A DNA stretch of 55,363 nucleotides, the filler included, from Jimgerdemannia flammicorona (taxonomy: Eukaryota), in NCBI GenBank assembly GCA_003990765.1. It is 3 parts of 3 records of this genome, joined end to end, with 100 filler letters (N's around TTAATTAATTAA, not from the genome) between each part and the next. Parts side by side here need not be neighbours in the genome. Positions count along the whole stretch, not along the records: positions 36,980 to 55,363 come from RBNJ01002223.1; 2 more parts are not named here. One strand, 5' to 3'. The position numbers were made by a program, and so were the translations under genes. Of the stretch, positions 51,987 to 55,363 are shown piece after piece (positions within the stretch are counted from its first letter, which is position 1; every line of letters starts with the position of its first letter). The notes under the pieces were generated by a model. The model was not told where the DNA came from. It worked only from the letters and a program-made list of their open reading frames with translations, and made no database searches.

Positions 51987-52790
51987 AGAGGGGAAAGTAT
52001 ACTGATTGCCTCTACCTTGAGATAGAATAGTGAAATTGAAGATGAAGACTGGGTTCAAATGGGGTAGAGAATGAATGTTATTGGATCTCTCTATATGAAT
52101 CAGCTTGAGATAATACTCATAGAGTGCTCTTTACTGAGTGAGCAGCCTTATGGGAGCAAAGTATGGAGCAATAGGTCAAAAATTATATAGAGCATGAAGG
52201 ATGCCTTGGATAGAATTTTGCTGATTGTACTAAGGGATTCTAACTACCAGGAGCTGCAATAGGTCTTTGTCATCAGTGTCCAGATCATTGGTATACTGCT
52301 TGACAGATATTTGTTTATTATTCAGTTATTATTCAGTTATTATTCAGTTATTATTCAGTTATTATTTATTTAATAAAATTTGAAACTCAACCAACAGATC
52401 ATAAAGTTATGGTCTATATCATGAATCTTACTTACAACAAGATATACAGGTTTCAGGAGTTTGATATATTCAATTTACCTCTAAATAAGTATGATATAAA
52501 ATATCAGTTTGAATCAATGTTATTAGGATTTTTGTAGTTAAAGGTAAGGCTTACTTCCATTATCTTCTATCATTATTTTCTTCCTTATACTGCTTGGTTA
52601 ACATTTCTGTTTCCATTTATAGTCATATTTAGATTGTACAATCTGTTACTTAGAGGAACTTTGTAAATATTATACAGGATAGTCAGAGTTAATCAGAAAT
52701 AGTATTGTTGAGCAGATGATACATTACTCAGTATACTCAATACCAACACTAGGTTGGGCTCAACAAAACTCAGACAAAAGAGGACAATAG
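51987..52790 (+). pseudogene. Spliced pseudogene fragment, putative restriction-endonuclease-fold (Crinkler REase-like) family; introns 52291-52397 and 52544-52622
   Basis: Translation RGESILIASTLR*N..MG*RMNVIG..LEIILIECS..KVWSNRSKII*SMKDALD..VFVISVQII / HKVMVYIMNLTYNKIYRFQEFDIFNLP. GT-AG introns keep phase. The family assignment is from motif recognition only. Confidence 0.55.
52315..52367. repeat. 11-bp tandem repeat (TTATTATTCAG) x4 within a pseudogene intron
   Basis: Directly visible. Confidence 0.9.
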
Positions 52791-52867
52791 CCAATACTAT
52801 TAGAGTCTACTTCATCTTTAGGTAGAAAGAAGTTAAAGGAGCAGAAGATATAGTATATTCTAAGTAT

Positions 52868-53205
52868 AGGAGTTATAATGCTAACATATATGGGGGTTAT
52901 AATACTGACATATGTAGGGATTGTAATACTGACATATGTAGGGATTATAGTGCTAATATGTGTAGAGGTTATAATGCTGACATGTGTAGAGGTTATAGTA
53001 CTAATATATATTAGTGTATAGGTACTATAATGCTGACATATATAGGGATTACAATACTGATATGTATGAGAGTTATAATACTGATATATATGAGAATTGT
53101 AATGCTAATATATATGGGGGCTATAATGCTGACATATATGAGATTATAATACTAATATATATAGGATTACAATGCTGACATATATGAGGGTTATAATTCT
53201 GATGA
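52868..53205. repeat. 24-bp minisatellite, about 13 degenerate units (GGGGTTATAATGCTGACATATGTA-like)
   Basis: Periodic TAATRCTRAYATRTRT motif every 24 bp or so. Confidence 0.9.
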
Positions 53206-53344
53206 GCGTGGGTTGCCCTAAAAGGCTTATGACAGTTGGTGTATATAGTATATAGGTATTTCATAACATTTCTATAGCTAATATTTATAAAAAATCTCTT
53301 TATATTGCATGTTAGTTATTGGTATATGATGTATGTTGGATTAT

Positions 53345-53590
53345 ATCTGCTCACTATTCTACCACTCTACTATTCTACTCCACCACTCTATTATTCCACT
53401 CTACTACTCTACTACTTCACTACTCTGCTCTACCACTCAACTGCTCCACTACTTTTTGCTCTACCACTCAACACTCTACTGCTCAGTACTCTACTGCTTA
53501 GTGCTCCACTACTTAGTACTTCACCACTTAGCACTCTACTGCTCTACTATACCTCCATTCACTACTTCACTCTACTACTCCATTATTTAT
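53345..53590. repeat. CTACT/CCACT-rich low-complexity repeat
   Basis: Degenerate 5-15 bp units that generate spurious ORFs. Confidence 0.85.
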
Positions 53591-53662
53591 CTTAAGTCAG
53601 GCTTAGATAGACAGATTTGGCTATTAATGGCTATTACTACTAGTCATATCATTATAGCCCAA

Positions 53663-54000
53663 CTTGCTACATATCCTATCCTATAGCCAAATAGATGATA
53701 TAATACAAGAACTCAACCACAAGTATCTTGAATATATTGAGACCACAGACAGAACCTTCCTACACCCCAATGACTATATTCTGCAAATGCCTTAAGTCAG
53801 ATATACTATAAAGAATATCTATAATATAATCTGATTTAATAAAGATAAAGCAGAAGATAATGATTCCTTTGATACTGACATGACCTTGAGTTAAGGATCT
53901 CTGCCAACCCTGATCACACTGCTAACCTTGCCAATAAACTTACAATAGTTCATAATCACATATGAAACTTATTGGGATAATGATCACTGACACAAGTATC
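53663..54000 (+). mobile_element. Family-1 LTR internal fragment (copy E)
   Basis: Matches about 1495-1830 (IDDIIQELNHKYLEYIETTDRTF). Confidence 0.85.
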
Positions 54001-54756
54001 TGAACTTACTTCATTATAAATAACACTTTTCTAAGTACTGACAATACTAATGGATTCACATTGGCTTCCAGAAGAATAGTGAGCTTTATGTTTTTGCTTT
54101 TTATTTACTTTGGGATTTGACACTATTACTAACTAATATGAGGTATATGGCTCTCAGGATCTTACAATAATTAGTTATATATATTGGTTAAAATGGAGAG
54201 ATAAGATAAAAGAGGCAAAGGAAGAAGGTTTGGATATCAGGGCAGACAGGTGTATGTGTAGTGAGTAGCAGATGTATTCTCACTCTTCTATTTATTTTTA
54301 CCCAATCAGACTTCCATTGCCCTCAAAGAGCTTTTTTTTCTCTGAACTTCATAGGTATGTAGATAGAGGAAGGGTGGGCATGCAGGTGGGCATGTGGGTG
54401 GGTGGATTTCTGTATACTACATTGTTATTATTTATTATATCATCCTTTGGCAGGTTCATTTTCATCACCCATACACCATATATGTCACCATGTCTATATC
54501 TACAGTCTCCACTACATCTACTGCTATACTGTATTTGTTCAAACCATTTCTGGTATATGGATTCAACATTCTGGAGTTCATTCAATCGAGCTGTTGGCCT
54601 GGATAATCACTCTTATTAATGAATTAATGGTGATCTTTCACATTCTAATGCCCTTTATCTCTATTATCTAGAATTCAGCAGGTTCATTTTTAGCCTCAAC
54701 AGATTCTATTTTAATACTTTACATAGAGAATTCATTAACAACAGTATCACGGCAAC

Positions 54757-54820
54757 AACCACCTGGCTCCAACCACCTGGCTCCAACCACCTGGCTCCAA
54801 CTGCCTGGCTCCAACTGCAC
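54757..54820. repeat. 14-bp tandem repeat (CAACCACCTGGCTC) x4
   Basis: Directly visible. Confidence 0.9.
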
Positions 54821-54960
54821 CAGTTCCACATCTATAAATCCTGGTGAAACATTTTTATACTGACGAAAAATGGTGATATAGGCAGCACCAGTGCCAATGA
54901 TGAGGAAGAGAACAAGCATAGATAGATAAATAACCCTGGCTAGCCAGTAGATATGTAAGC

Positions 54961-55313
54961 AGGCATATTTGCCTGCATTGGGGTTACATTATATTTATTA
55001 AATATTAAATTTCCTGGGCATGAATAGCTAAATTTGGTTCCACATTGACATGTTGGCCGTTTTCGCGTATAACTTGGCGAAATGATGTCCGATTTTGATA
55101 TAATTAGGCTTGTTGGAAAGCCACGATTCAGGGCATTCTAACAAGCCTAAGCACGTTAAAATCGGATGCCATTTCGTCAAGATGTGAGAGAAAACGTCAA
55201 TGTAGGCATATTTGCCTACATTTATATATATGGTCTTATATGAGTATTATAAAGTGTAGATTGCAGTATTCCCTCCGAACTTTCACAGACATATTTGCCT
55301 ATGTTGGGGTTAA
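54961..55313. mobile_element. MITE-like element with a long internal palindrome (55042-55203) and repeated CATATTTGCCT motif
   Basis: Arms of about 64 bp (55059-55122 and 55132-55195) are imperfect inverted repeats, with an outer ACATTGAC/GTCAATGT pair. Motif copies lie near 54961, 55204 and 55290. GGGGTTAA at 55306-55313. Confidence 0.55.
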
Positions 55314-55363
55314 GTATGTGTACTTATCTTATGAGTTTTTTTTTTTTTTTTTTTTTTTTTTAT

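Noticed and set aside
52868..53205. Telomeric repeat (contains GGGGTTA)
   Set aside because: It is internal and degenerate with a 24-bp period, and there is no TTAGGG array.
53305..53686. Hydrophobic ORFs in several frames
   Set aside because: They are products of CTACT low-complexity sequence.
54272..54919. Possible small membrane-protein or glycosyltransferase gene fragments
   Set aside because: No convincing motif or consistent splice model, and part of the frame is a 14-bp tandem repeat.

Overview
Repeat-dense eukaryotic window, most likely from an early-diverging fungus (Mucoromycota-like; inferred from intron style, gene content and repeat families). A CpG-rich gene island at about 37.0-45.3 kb holds three intron-containing genes: a DHHC palmitoyltransferase (ERF2-like, minus strand), a His-rich/TPR/MYND-finger protein (plus), and the cytosolic Fe-S assembly factor NAR1 (plus). 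It is flanked by nested, C-to-T/G-to-A mutated transposon debris: about ten L1/Tx1-like LINE copies, a Gypsy integrase remnant, a spliced nuclease-fold-like pseudogene, minisatellites and a palindromic MITE-like element. The most interesting signal is two families of ~2.05-kb LTR-like repeats. Family 1 has TG..CA ends and exact 5-bp target-site duplications. Family 2 sits directly after a Gypsy integrase and a PPT-like tract. Each carries a roughly 1.1-kb protein-coding frame upstream of its TATA box (in U3), and the two reconstructed proteins share a motif pattern, suggesting an uncharacterised LTR-encoded accessory gene family. The two N-gaps contain an artificial TTAATTAATTAA linker, so adjacency across them is not guaranteed. 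All translations and alignments were done by eye.
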